DNA of 64,000 bases from IMG/VR virus record IMGVR_UViG_3300009031_000368, positions 32,001 to 96,000 of that record; one strand, written 5' to 3'. Position 1 is the first letter of the stretch; each line of letters starts with the position of its first letter. A program made the position numbers and the translations under genes. The stretch comes from a virus (Duplodnaviria; Caudoviricetes). The notes below the pieces were generated by a model, which saw nothing but the letters and a program-made list of their open reading frames with translations, was not told where the DNA came from and ran no database searches. This document shows positions 45,475-55,329 of the stretch, in pieces.

Positions 45475-48400
45475 TTAATCGTCAAGCCGGTCTGGAAATT
45501 GGACCGGATATGCACCTTTTCCGCCCGATTGTGCTATTAGCTCATCTAGCGGTGTTGATGTTGACTCTGTAAAACTTCTTCTTCCAAATGTGTCTTCTTC
45601 GACACTTCTTTCGTATCCTCTTCGCACACGCTCCCGCGCCTTCTCGGCCGCATACGGATCGTGTCTTGCATTTGAACTTTCTGCTAGAATTCTATCTATT
45701 TTTGATGAAGGTGCGCGTTCGCCGATAAGAGATGTTAATTTTTTACCATTTTTCATCTTATTGACGATTTCTGTTGCCCGGTTGGCACGCTCTTCAAGGA
45801 TTTCAACAGCACTCACATACTTTTGAAGTTCCCTTTCATACTGCTCCTTCATCTTTTCACTATTTTCCTTCAAAGCCTTAAGTCGTGAACCATACTTGCC
45901 TGATTCAATCTTTGCGCGTTCATGTTCTGCCGTCAATGCATTGATTCGGTCTTTTGATTCCGACAACAACTGCCTGGTTTCTGTAACTTCACCAGATAGT
46001 TTTAATGCTCTCGCCTCAGATTCAGTCAACCGCTTAACTTCGGCATTAAGACGATTCAATTCAATCTTTGAATCCCTTAAACAATCCTTACTGGCATCAA
46101 CGGTTGTCCTGGCTTCAGCCAATTCAGATCTAATGTTGGCAATATACTGGTCCTTGGCATCTACCAGTTTGGCCGTTTGGATTTCCACTTCCTTGAGGCG
46201 CTTAAGCTCACTGGATGATTCGGTCAGTAAATCCTTTAGACCTTGAACGCTTGCCGCAACTTCCGATACTTCGGCAAATTCGGCCTTCAACTGTTGGAAT
46301 CCTTCCAGCTGTGTCTTTGCCTTTTGAAGAATTCCACGAAGCTTTTCAACCTCTTCCGCCTTGGCTGATAACGATTCAATTTGATGCTTCAGTTCAATGT
46401 TCTCAACCGCAGCCGTATCGACAGGAATCTTGCCGATTTCCTTTGCCAGACGTTCTGCCAGTTCGTCAATCTCCGGTAATTGCATCGTATTAGTTACGCT
46501 TCCGGCAATTAAATCAACCATCGTGTCCTTGTTTTCATACATTGAAAACTTTTGAGCCAGATGATACTTGATGACTGCCCGTCGTCCAAATTCAACCGAT
46601 TCTGCCAGCTGATTCTTTGCGTCAGCCAGTTCGCATTCAATCCTGGCACCATTCTGCTGTTCACGCTTTACGCTGTTTTCCAAATCCTTAATGTATTCGT
46701 TGGAATCCTCTGAAAAGATGAATGGTCTGATCAGCTTAACGATACCTTCAATGGCCCGCTTAGCGCCAGCAACCGATGGATCTTCCAACATCGATTCACG
46801 CAGGTTGTCGGTCAGCTCATCCTTTGCCGCAACGACATCTTCAATCAATCGCCTGGCATAGATTTCCTTTATTCGCGACGTCTCGGTCCTTATCGCATTA
46901 CTGACCGCTTCCTCAACATCTGATTTGGAATACTGCTTATCGGTTACCGTTTGTTGAGTCGTTTCCAATAGGAACTTGTTGGCTTCCGGAATCGCGCGCT
47001 CAATCTCTTCAGAAATCGTTTTACCAATACGTTTCCTTACTTCCTCAACTGATGAACCGGCGATGCGCTCACTTTCAGCAAAAACATCCGGGTAAGCGGT
47101 TTTTGTGGCTGGATCGTAAACGACATCGAAGGTCATTAACCTGTAATCGTCACCAACAGATTCCGTTCCATCCTCAAGCTTGGTGGTAGATCCGTAACCG
47201 CGTGAACTGATACCAGGGTCTATGCCGGCTTCAATTAATCCAGTCAGAATCTTACCGGTTGGTGTTGGCAGAATTTCAGCTTCGCCGATGATTTCATTGC
47301 CTTCAATTCTTAAATCAGTGATGACGTGACTGACACGCTGAAGCCTTGTTTGCCCATCGCTGTTACCGGTCCAAAACGTATGGCCGTTTTGCTCCATGTA
47401 GAAGTTACCGTGATCAACCGATAGACAATAGATGCGACCAGCATGGTGCTCTTCTTCAATCTTCATGAATCTCTGATCAAGCCAAATGTGCTTGGAATTC
47501 GAGAAGTGCAACTGGTAAAGTGGCACCTTATTTTCTGCTTTGATGATCCTACCGGCGAATTCGTAATCACCATCAGGTTCAATGACAGAAATGCTACCAG
47601 CACGCCCAGTCTTAATCAAACACTCATGAAGGTCTTTTATAAGCTGCTCAGATACAGTGAAGACATCGTTCCTGATATTGGTGACATTTCCATGTCGTAC
47701 CGACTCAGCCTTCACTTCCTTAAACGTCTTTCCCGAATCTCTCCATTCACCATTAACCGTATGGTCATCGGTTCTGCTGTCAACAATTCTGCCATCACCG
47801 ATGGAAAACCAAAACAGCAATTCAGATAATGGACCCGGGCCTAGATTTTTGATCTCTGACGGAATATACTTATTGTAGCAGTCGCCAAGCGGCTTCAGAT
47901 AGTTGTAAAGCCTTGCGTCGTATGTCATATAACCGTCAGCATACTTACTCCATTGAATCTCAGGCGACATCTTGCTTAAGACTTCATCATAAATATACTT
48001 GGTTGACCATTCATTCTTTTGGCAAACAAACACAGCATATCCGCTATGGTTTTCCGACCTGCAACATCCTTCCGCGAGATAAATACCCATAAATGCTGCA
48101 AACACGTTTGCATCTATTACAAGGTCTTTTGACGCATCAGTTTTTGTTCCACGTAGTCCCTGTATGGCAGGCAACGTAAATGTTTTCGGTGATTCTGGAT
48201 TCCATTGAGCAGTTTTCGGAATTGCGGAATGACCATATGAAGCCCTGTTTGTAAAGATGGTTTCAGAAGTAACATACTCCTCAAACTCTCTCTTTTCACC
48301 AGGTCGTGTAACAAGAAGATTCCTGTGACCGGGAGTAAAAGTAGAATCGATACTCCTACCTTTAAAATGGTACACCGGTCCATCGTATGGCTCGTCGATG

Positions 48401-48759
48401 ATGGCATTCACGGTAGAGAGAACGGCTTTGCCATTTTTGCGGGACCAAGCCTTTTCACCTACGCCGATATCCCTGAACTTTTTCCACCCACTTTCAGTAA
48501 GTACTTGAAATTGTTCACTTTTCAGACAAGGATGGTCAAGTTCCCCCAGCAATTTCCTACCTTGCATTTTCTCTTCAAGTCGCTCCAATTCGCGCTTCCA
48601 GAGTGGTAACTCATATCGGCGATTGTTTTCGGTCGGCACACCGGCCAATGCGAACAATCCGCGCAGGTAGAGCTTCCTGTTACCATTGGCGGTAGCTTCA
48701 CCAAGCTCTGATTTGAATTTAAACGGAACAGTATCTATAAGAAGTCGTGGCTTTGTCAT
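45475..48759 (-). CDS. prohead protease (T4 gp21-like) with an intein, fused to a long coiled-coil scaffold; start at MTKPRLL
   Basis: N.N.R.Y, GELDHP, VSH.IT, G.AEIL.TP.G, GISSRGYGS, FDVVYDPA; heptad-rich C-half. Confidence 0.92.
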   Translation of the reverse strand: MTKPRLLIDTVPFKFKSELGEATANGNRKLYLRGLFALAGVPTENNRRYELPLWKRELERLEEKMQGRKLLGELDHPCLKSEQFQVLTESGWKKFRDIGVGEKAWSRKNGKAVLSTVNAIIDEPYDGPVYHFKGRSIDSTFTPGHRNLLVTRPGEKREFEEYVTSETIFTNRASYGHSAIPKTAQWNPESPKTFTLPAIQGLRGTKTDASKDLVIDANVFAAFMGIYLAEGCCRSENHSGYAVFVCQKNEWSTKYIYDEVLSKMSPEIQWSKYADGYMTYDARLYNYLKPLGDCYNKYIPSEIKNLGPGPLSELLFWFSIGDGRIVDSRTDDHTVNGEWRDSGKTFKEVKAESVRHGNVTNIRNDVFTVSEQLIKDLHECLIKTGRAGSISVIEPDGDYEFAGRIIKAENKVPLYQLHFSNSKHIWLDQRFMKIEEEHHAGRIYCLSVDHGNFYMEQNGHTFWTGNSDGQTRLQRVSHVITDLRIEGNEIIGEAEILPTPTGKILTGLIEAGIDPGISSRGYGSTTKLEDGTESVGDDYRLMTFDVVYDPATKTAYPDVFAESERIAGSSVEEVRKRIGKTISEEIERAIPEANKFLLETTQQTVTDKQYSKSDVEEAVSNAIRTETSRIKEIYARRLIEDVVAAKDELTDNLRESMLEDPSVAGAKRAIEGIVKLIRPFIFSEDSNEYIKDLENSVKREQQNGARIECELADAKNQLAESVEFGRRAVIKYHLAQKFSMYENKDTMVDLIAGSVTNTMQLPEIDELAERLAKEIGKIPVDTAAVENIELKHQIESLSAKAEEVEKLRGILQKAKTQLEGFQQLKAEFAEVSEVAASVQGLKDLLTESSSELKRLKEVEIQTAKLVDAKDQYIANIRSELAEARTTVDASKDCLRDSKIELNRLNAEVKRLTESEARALKLSGEVTETRQLLSESKDRINALTAEHERAKIESGKYGSRLKALKENSEKMKEQYERELQKYVSAVEILEERANRATEIVNKMKNGKKLTSLIGERAPSSKIDRILAESSNARHDPYAAEKARERVRRGYERSVEEDTFGRRSFTESTSTPLDELIAQSGGKGAYPVQFPDRLDD
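47362..48528 (-). mobile_element. intein, 389 aa, with LAGLIDADG homing endonuclease
   Basis: Starts Cys (CLKSEQFQVLT..GWK) and ends HGNFY....TFWTGN; +1 extein Ser; FMGIYLAEG and WFSIGDG motifs; excision restores HP|SDG. Confidence 0.93.
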
Positions 48760-48818
48760 ATTAATTTCCATATTTTTGCGCAAAATGTAACCTACAATCA
48801 CGCACTACATCTAACGAT

Positions 48819-49224
48819 CTATTTTGTTCTACCATGTTTGGATGTAGAGATATCGGAGTGCTTATACCATCCTTCATTTTCTTCGTCATCTGATGATCGA
48901 TAGTAAACACTCGCCTTTTTAGTATTGGCTTCAAGTTTTGCTAGTCCATTCTCAATCGCCTTATTGATATCATCTATTACAGACTCCAAATTAGCCCACA
49001 TATTAACTGCAAATGCACGTTCAGCTTTTCCTTTTGGTAAATCAGCAACCTTCAATCCCATAGTCTTGTGAAACGACTCCATGTTGGCAAGCGGCAAGCA
49101 GTCCACGAAATTTAAAGTTTGCCATTGCATATATCTGCTTATCAGATATTGGCTTCTTTTTCTTTGTATCTGCTGCTTCTTGCAATTCATACAAGAGATC
49201 ATCGCGTTTGATGCTAGCGCTCAT
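48819..49224 (-). pseudogene. paralog of 49250-49516, frameshifted by a 7-bp tandem duplication (132 aa if restored)
   Basis: GGCAAGC twice at 49086-49099; removing one copy joins QIYAMANFKFRGLL to ANMESFHKTM. Confidence 0.75.
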
Positions 49225-49228
49225 ACGA

Positions 49229-49539
49229 TTACCACTTCATCCATTTGGACTATGATTTTAGATTTGATTCCATCTCTTTAAGTCCTTTTGAAATTACATC
49301 GTGTAGTTCGTCAAGGATATCCTTTAGAGTGTAAGACATTTTTCCCCTTCTAACCTTTGTGCTCATTTTTTGGTGAAATTTATCAAGGTTTGCGAGTATG
49401 CCTTTTAATTTAAAGTTTGACATCGCATAGATCTGTCCGTCTGAAATTGGTTTATTTCCAGATTCAGCTTCATAAATACTGTGCGACAGAATGTCCTCGA
49501 GATTTCTAAAGTTCATGCTATTTACCACTTCATCCATTT
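49229..49539 (-). repeat. 18-bp exact direct repeat AAATGGATGAAGTGGTAA upstream of both tandem paralogs
   Basis: Copies at 49229-49246 and 49522-49539, 4-5 nt before each ATG. Confidence 0.85.
49250..49516 (-). CDS. small helical protein, putative internal head protein; start corrected to MNFRNLED
   Basis: SIYEA then KPISDGQIYAM, shared with its neighbour. Confidence 0.65.
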   Translation of the reverse strand: MNFRNLEDILSHSIYEAESGNKPISDGQIYAMSNFKLKGILANLDKFHQKMSTKVRRGKMSYTLKDILDELHDVISKGLKEMESNLKS

Positions 49540-49713
49540 TGTCTTTGATGCAAAACTGGTACCGGCCAACGTTCTAGGTTTCTTTTTAACCTTTCGGTTA
49601 GTCTTATTGTCACGCCAGTACGGTTTCATCCATCTATAGAAGCCAATCTTTTCAAGGCGGCCAGATCTGTAATGTGTTCTGGCTCGCCTTGGTGCTTCGT
49701 TGATTAAAAACCC
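49522..49713 (-). CDS. predicted -1 frameshift extension of the scaffold (61-aa basic tail)
   Basis: G GGT TTT slippery site at 49707-49713 immediately before the TAA; the -1 frame is open to 49522. Confidence 0.6.
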   Translation of the reverse strand, partial: GFLINEAPRRARTHYRSGRLEKIGFYRWMKPYWRDNKTNRKVKKKPRTLAGTSFASKTKWMKW

Positions 49714-50627
49714 ACCTTTGTTTCATACTCCCTAACGGCTTCCGTTACGGCGTGCAATCGCTTGCGTAGAATCCGACGAAGTGACTCATGATCAGCTTCG
49801 CTCTCCGAAAGAGTATCGGTCGCATTGGCGACATCAATCAAACTATCGGCAATTTCAGATTCACCGATGGCATCGTATCGCTTAGCCATAAGCTCCGCAA
49901 TATCGGCAATCAGTCGGCAACTGATATCAAACTTAGATTCAGTCTCAGTATTCTCATTTGCAATAACACTATCGATTCGATCAATTAGATCGTCAGAGTC
50001 ATATCGTCCCATATCGTCACCGTCCTCCACTGATTCTCCATAACTGTATTCATCACCAAAATCACCATCTGATTCGACATCACCTACTGGCTCTTCCAGC
50101 ATTTCCATCGCAATGTCATAAACCTCTTCGGCCGACATATCATCGAGTCCGAATTCATCGGCAATAAAACCAATAAGCTCTTCGTCTGAAGCACCAGCAT
50201 CAAGCAACGACAGGAAGTCATCATCATCGGCCAATTCACCGGCTACGTCTTCAACGCTGAATGATTCATCGTCAACATCATCCATCATTCCCATGTCGCC
50301 CATATCGTCTGATTCGCCGAATTCGTAAAACTCTTCATCCTCATCATCAAAACCTTTGAAGTTAAGAGATGTGTCATCATCACCAAGGATGTCGGTATCG
50401 GGATCCACGTCGCCATAAGGCTCAACGTAATCATCGGCGAATTCCTCATCGATTGGTGCAATTCTTGACAGATTGGTATCCTGATTCATCGGGCCAACTC
50501 CAAGCGCATTAATTGGTGCCAACACGCCAGACATTTCCAGCATTGTGTCAACATTCGCCCCAAGCTCTTTTAATTCTCGAAGCGGGTTTCCATTCTCGTT
50601 CAACATTCCATAAAACATTTCAGCCAT
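49704..50627 (-). CDS. highly acidic prohead core / scaffold protein, 307 aa
   Basis: D/E-rich; between portal and protease; GAGG RBS. Confidence 0.7.
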   Translation of the reverse strand: MAEMFYGMLNENGNPLRELKELGANVDTMLEMSGVLAPINALGVGPMNQDTNLSRIAPIDEEFADDYVEPYGDVDPDTDILGDDDTSLNFKGFDDEDEEFYEFGESDDMGDMGMMDDVDDESFSVEDVAGELADDDDFLSLLDAGASDEELIGFIADEFGLDDMSAEEVYDIAMEMLEEPVGDVESDGDFGDEYSYGESVEDGDDMGRYDSDDLIDRIDSVIANENTETESKFDISCRLIADIAELMAKRYDAIGESEIADSLIDVANATDTLSESEADHESLRRILRKRLHAVTEAVREYETKVGF

Positions 50628-50639
50628 TGTTACTTTCCT

Positions 50640-51503
50640 CTAACTATTGTTTGCAATCCTTTTGATAAACTCTCCACAAAAGTCTGCCGCATTAACGTGT
50701 CCGGCAATGCCATCATGCAATTTACACAGCTCTGATGTCTCGCATACCGTCGAATCAAGCTTGAGCTTTTGTGAAACCGTTTTAACCACATCTTTGCTAA
50801 AACTTGTTACACCATTAAACATATTGACGAATTCTTGTCTCGTCATCAAAATATCATCTGGAAGTTTGACATCATCTACCTGGATATCTTTTATGCCGTC
50901 GATGACGCCTTCCAGTCTTAACATTATATTATGCAAAGCAACAATGACGTTATCTCTAATTGTTTCATCAGATGATTCGTAATATTTTTGAAACCGCGCC
51001 TTAATGGCTCTATCACGCAAGCCGGATAGCGTTCCATATAGCGCCTTTCTCATTGGAACATTCTTTTCCTCATGAATCCTGACGAATTCTGCTTCAGACA
51101 TCAGTGTCCCAATTCTATTGGAAATCAATTCAGATGCTTCGGCATGGTAAGACTGAATGATGGGAAATAATTCGGTAAGCCCTTTACGGAACGAATCAAG
51201 ATCGCCGACAATCAAACGCTCAACCAGTCTTCTAGACTGTTCGATCAATACGATGGCTTCATCTATTTCGTCAAGCATTTCAAGGTTGAGTTCAAGCTCT
51301 TCGCCGATCGTTAAACCGTCGTATTGGAACTTATGGAAACTGCCATCAGCGTATAAGACTACGACATGGTCTTCATATAGTGAAAACAGTTGAGCCGTCT
51401 CACCAAAATTTCCAGTCACGCAATCAATTGCACGTTCTATCTTGTCCTGGTAACTGTTTTCAACAATCCGTTTTAGCGAATCCAACCTGATCGACTTGCC
51501 CAT
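50640..51503 (-). CDS. head assembly protein of unknown function, 287 aa
   Basis: Directly after the portal; AAGGGA RBS. Confidence 0.65.
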   Translation of the reverse strand: MGKSIRLDSLKRIVENSYQDKIERAIDCVTGNFGETAQLFSLYEDHVVVLYADGSFHKFQYDGLTIGEELELNLEMLDEIDEAIVLIEQSRRLVERLIVGDLDSFRKGLTELFPIIQSYHAEASELISNRIGTLMSEAEFVRIHEEKNVPMRKALYGTLSGLRDRAIKARFQKYYESSDETIRDNVIVALHNIMLRLEGVIDGIKDIQVDDVKLPDDILMTRQEFVNMFNGVTSFSKDVVKTVSQKLKLDSTVCETSELCKLHDGIAGHVNAADFCGEFIKRIANNS

Positions 51504-51558
51504 TTTATATCCCTTTAATGTTTCATCTAAGCTAAGACTATTGATATGTGTGCCTATG

Positions 51559-53292
51559 TCAATATTGTTTCTTTTGCATTTCGCTTCGCAATTCCATCAT
51601 CATAGCCCTTGATTTCCTTACATCTCGGCCAACGACATCCATTCGCTCTGTTAATTCGCCTTCCGCGCGCTTAATTCTTGCATCAAGCAATTTACTGACA
51701 TTCCTTTCAGTCAATTGTCCAGCGTTTCGCTTCGTCGGCTTAACCGGCTTACGGAATGTAATGCTTTCTTCACCATAATCACCGCCGCTGTCCTGATTAT
51801 ATGCGTCTTCAATCTCAGCCTGTTGTTCCATTCCGAATGATTGGGCCTTAGCCTGCGTCTTCCCTTCGTCAATGATTTCATTCCTACGCTGTTTCCTGAT
51901 TTCCACAATCTCGTCATCGGTAAACTGCATGACGTTTTTCAAACACCATGTCAGCGATGTGCTTTCAAGAAGCGATTGTATCGTTTGCGCCTTGGCCGCT
52001 AGTGCTTCAATCTGAGACAGTTCATAAATCATTGTTGGCTTTGTCATTGCCAATGTCCATTCGGATTCGTCTGGATCTTTGTCAATAGCCAATAGGTGTG
52101 CGCGACAGACCTGTTTAAATCCAGTCATGATTTCACGCTGGATATTCATCACAGACCTGGCAAAGTTTACATCGGCATGGCTTAAATGCTTTTCTGGAAT
52201 ATCGGCACCGAATCCCAAATATGCGGCAGGAACCTTTAATGCACCTTGCAGTGCCTCTCTAAATCTATCGATATCTTCAGTTCCAGTCCATCCCAATCCA
52301 CCAATCGTTTCAATCCTTGCAGAATCCTTGCCATCTCGTGTGGGTATCCATAGATTTTCGTTCATCGACAACGGGGTAGCGCGCATATCGAGCCCACCCT
52401 TTTCGACATTGTAAAACTTCTTTTTACTATACTGTTGCTTCAATCTATTGATATATTGTCTGGCTTCAGATTCCGGCATACTGCCAACATCGATAAAGAA
52501 TGCAAGCCGCTCTGGACTTCGTTCCAGCCGATACATCAAGCTGGCATCCTCCATCATGGCAAGACGCTTCCATACCGTCCTGGCCGCTTCAACGGCACTT
52601 ATTCCATATACAGATCTGATGTGTTTGGCGCGCAATCTCCAATGGACTATTTCCCATGGCTTATACAGTATCGCACCAGTTGCCGTTATAGCCTTATCGC
52701 GCGAAGCATTGGTATTGACAAAATATTCCATGTCGGTGTCGTTGAATTCAAACCGCATATTGGTATCTTGTATATATCCCAACGTCGTTCCACTAACATC
52801 CATAATCCTTCGCATGCTGGCAGGCGGGAGATAGTTTATGCCAATGACGCCAGTTTCATCAATAAGTATTTCTCCGTATGAGTTCCCCATGTGTGCCAGT
52901 GTCCTTGCCAATGGCCATATATCGGCTTCAATTTCAAGAGCACCATGTAGGAGACCGATCAATTCAGCCTTTGTCCAATCGTCTTCCGTAACGACCCACA
53001 TGCATATACCACGATTGTAATCCGGTTGTGATATATCGTTGGCATATACGTCAAGTGCCGTTTGGATGTATGAAAAGTCATCCATCGCTTCATAATCTCG
53101 ATACCTGGCATGAAGATCGGCTTCGACTTCCAGCATCGGCCTAATCAACGAATAGTTTGATTCAGATACTCCACCGCTACCATCTACACCGAATGTGCCG
53201 CTAATCGGTGACTTAGATGAGCCGGAAATGCGCGAATCCTTCTTACCGAAATACTGTTTAAATTTATCAGATATATTGTTGGACCAACCCAT
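51559..53292 (-). CDS. portal protein (T4 gp20-like), 577 aa
   Basis: YR.YEAM, IVHWRL, YG.S.+E.AR..WKRL.MMEDA..MYRL.RSPER..F.IDVG, ALKVP...L. Confidence 0.96.
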   Translation of the reverse strand: MGWSNNISDKFKQYFGKKDSRISGSSKSPISGTFGVDGSGGVSESNYSLIRPMLEVEADLHARYRDYEAMDDFSYIQTALDVYANDISQPDYNRGICMWVVTEDDWTKAELIGLLHGALEIEADIWPLARTLAHMGNSYGEILIDETGVIGINYLPPASMRRIMDVSGTTLGYIQDTNMRFEFNDTDMEYFVNTNASRDKAITATGAILYKPWEIVHWRLRAKHIRSVYGISAVEAARTVWKRLAMMEDASLMYRLERSPERLAFFIDVGSMPESEARQYINRLKQQYSKKKFYNVEKGGLDMRATPLSMNENLWIPTRDGKDSARIETIGGLGWTGTEDIDRFREALQGALKVPAAYLGFGADIPEKHLSHADVNFARSVMNIQREIMTGFKQVCRAHLLAIDKDPDESEWTLAMTKPTMIYELSQIEALAAKAQTIQSLLESTSLTWCLKNVMQFTDDEIVEIRKQRRNEIIDEGKTQAKAQSFGMEQQAEIEDAYNQDSGGDYGEESITFRKPVKPTKRNAGQLTERNVSKLLDARIKRAEGELTERMDVVGRDVRKSRAMMMELRSEMQKKQY

Positions 53293-53304
53293 TACGTTTT
53301 ATTC

Positions 53305-55329
53305 CTATTCATCAAATCCGAATATTATTGGTTGCTGGAATGGCTCACGCTTTGTTCTATTGGATGGATTTCGCACACCGATGACCCATGAATCATCTTC
53401 ATACTCTTCACGGCTAAATGAACCAGAGATGATGCCCATCGGACGAGATGGAGGATTTTCGACAAGACTGCAAACGACACCGGATGCCGATACGGCAAGG
53501 TCATCGTGTCCTTCTGTTCCATCAATATTAAGATTCGGATGATCAATGATTCCAGTGTTTGGATCCAGTTCAAGGTTTATCAATTCTCTCCTTAATGGAG
53601 AATATGGATAAACGATCAATCTGTCTTCATAGATGGCTGCTTTAATCCGTTCCAGTGCTCTCGACTTACCAGATTCACCGCTAATCAGCGAATGCTTGAT
53701 GCCACGTTCCTCAAACTTTTGCCGCGTTTCTAAATGATGATAACTATCCGTTGTGCAATGAACGATATTGAATCCATGTGCCTTAAGGTCATATATGAGA
53801 GCGCGCAATGCTCCCGGTGTAATCTCACCATTCTTTGGTGCAATTACTTGCATGATGAAGTCAATATAGATCTCTGGCGAATATTCGATATACTCCGTTC
53901 CATCTGGCGCAAGCTTGACGACATCGATCCATCTTGAAATATGCCCAACACAGATGCCGGCCGGATCTTGTCGGCCAGCTGAAAGGTCGATATGGGCATG
54001 ACGTGGTGCATTTGGATTAATGTGGGGGATGTAAACCTTTTCCTTATATCCGCCTTTTAATCTACGCTCAGCCTGACGGCAAAGTAGGTGCCATTCAAAG
54101 TCGCCCGATTCACCACAAGCCCATGTTTCAACGGTGAATGGATGATATAGCCCTTGTTTGAAACAGTTGTCGATCTTGTCGCGCCGGCCAATAAAGGTCT
54201 TTGTCGGCATCGTGCTGACACCAGCATGGTCGCGGATTGCAAGATCTAGATCGTTTTCAAAGACCTGTCGTAGGAATGGATGGTCTGGAACAGGAACTAT
54301 TTTGGCAAATCTATCCGGCCCTGATATTTCTTTCCTTACATGCTCTACTTCATCATTCGTTAGTATTCTATTTGAACACTGGTCGTCGCCGACCAATACG
54401 TAAAATCTCTCCTTGGGATATTGCTCCGGTATAAGTTCCCATTTTGCATACTCTTTTACCATTATTTTGTTTTTAGAATCTCTCGCAGCCTTCACTCTTT
54501 CATCCGTGAATGATCCAACGACATTCTTGGATGAAGCAAGTATCATGATCCCAGGTTTAATACCCGTTCCAGTAAATCGGCTTCTGATACGAGACAATAA
54601 TGCGGTATATTGTTGGTAGGCGACTCCTTTGTCTGCACGGGCTGATCGTTTACCTTCATAAAAGTTAGCTTCGTCAAGAGCTCCTCCGTAAACGTTTCTA
54701 CCAAGTAAGCCTGGTGATCCTGGAGATGCTGTAATGATTGATATATTTTTGGGGAAGTCTATAACGCCAGCTGATACCTTGTATCCGAGCTGTTTAAAGT
54801 ACGGAGATGATTCCAAGTTTGCAATTATGTCTGCAAAAATACCGCGTCGAACCTGTTGTAAGTCGACCGACAATACACCAAATGCAATGTTTTTACCATC
54901 CATCAATCCAAGCTGCCGTTGTGGATTTGCCAGGCAATATATCTGATACACCATGTAAGGAATTGCAAGCGCGCAGTATGTGCTTTTCCCTGTCCCGACA
55001 CCGCCAGATATAATTGCTTCATAGTAGTCGCCTTCAAACATTTCAATCAAATTTTCGATTAATGGTTTGTATGTTCCGGTGCATACTTCACCAAAATAAT
55101 ATGGATCTGAATAAAACGTCTTAGGCGACACCGGCCGTTCAGAATAATGGACTGATTCCAATACATCCAGGATTTCAGATTCACCACCATTATCTAGCTC
55201 GGCAAGTGCCTGCTCCAATACTTCGCGCTCTTCCGGCGAACATGAAGCAATCATGGCCTGAAGCTCTTCAAATTCCTCTTCCGGCGTTTTTACAGATATA
55301 ATCTTACCGTTAAAATCGATTAGATGCAT
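53305..55329 (-). CDS. terL: terminase large subunit
   Basis: Walker A GGVGTGKST, Walker B GGALDE, RNase H-like HIDLS and HDDLA; upstream of the portal. Confidence 0.92.
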   Translation of the reverse strand: MHLIDFNGKIISVKTPEEEFEELQAMIASCSPEEREVLEQALAELDNGGESEILDVLESVHYSERPVSPKTFYSDPYYFGEVCTGTYKPLIENLIEMFEGDYYEAIISGGVGTGKSTYCALAIPYMVYQIYCLANPQRQLGLMDGKNIAFGVLSVDLQQVRRGIFADIIANLESSPYFKQLGYKVSAGVIDFPKNISIITASPGSPGLLGRNVYGGALDEANFYEGKRSARADKGVAYQQYTALLSRIRSRFTGTGIKPGIMILASSKNVVGSFTDERVKAARDSKNKIMVKEYAKWELIPEQYPKERFYVLVGDDQCSNRILTNDEVEHVRKEISGPDRFAKIVPVPDHPFLRQVFENDLDLAIRDHAGVSTMPTKTFIGRRDKIDNCFKQGLYHPFTVETWACGESGDFEWHLLCRQAERRLKGGYKEKVYIPHINPNAPRHAHIDLSAGRQDPAGICVGHISRWIDVVKLAPDGTEYIEYSPEIYIDFIMQVIAPKNGEITPGALRALIYDLKAHGFNIVHCTTDSYHHLETRQKFEERGIKHSLISGESGKSRALERIKAAIYEDRLIVYPYSPLRRELINLELDPNTGIIDHPNLNIDGTEGHDDLAVSASGVVCSLVENPPSRPMGIISGSFSREEYEDDSWVIGVRNPSNRTKREPFQQPIIFGFDE

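Noticed and set aside
49229-49252. TAG read-through of 49250-49516 giving SKWMKW, the same ending as the scaffold extension
   Set aside because: It is explained by the 18-bp duplicated leader upstream of each paralog; there is no independent sign of read-through.
51535-51562. Possible internal promoter TTGACA-16-TAGTCT after the portal gene
   Set aside because: The -10 is weak with no TGn or UP support, and the -35 overlaps the portal stop codon.
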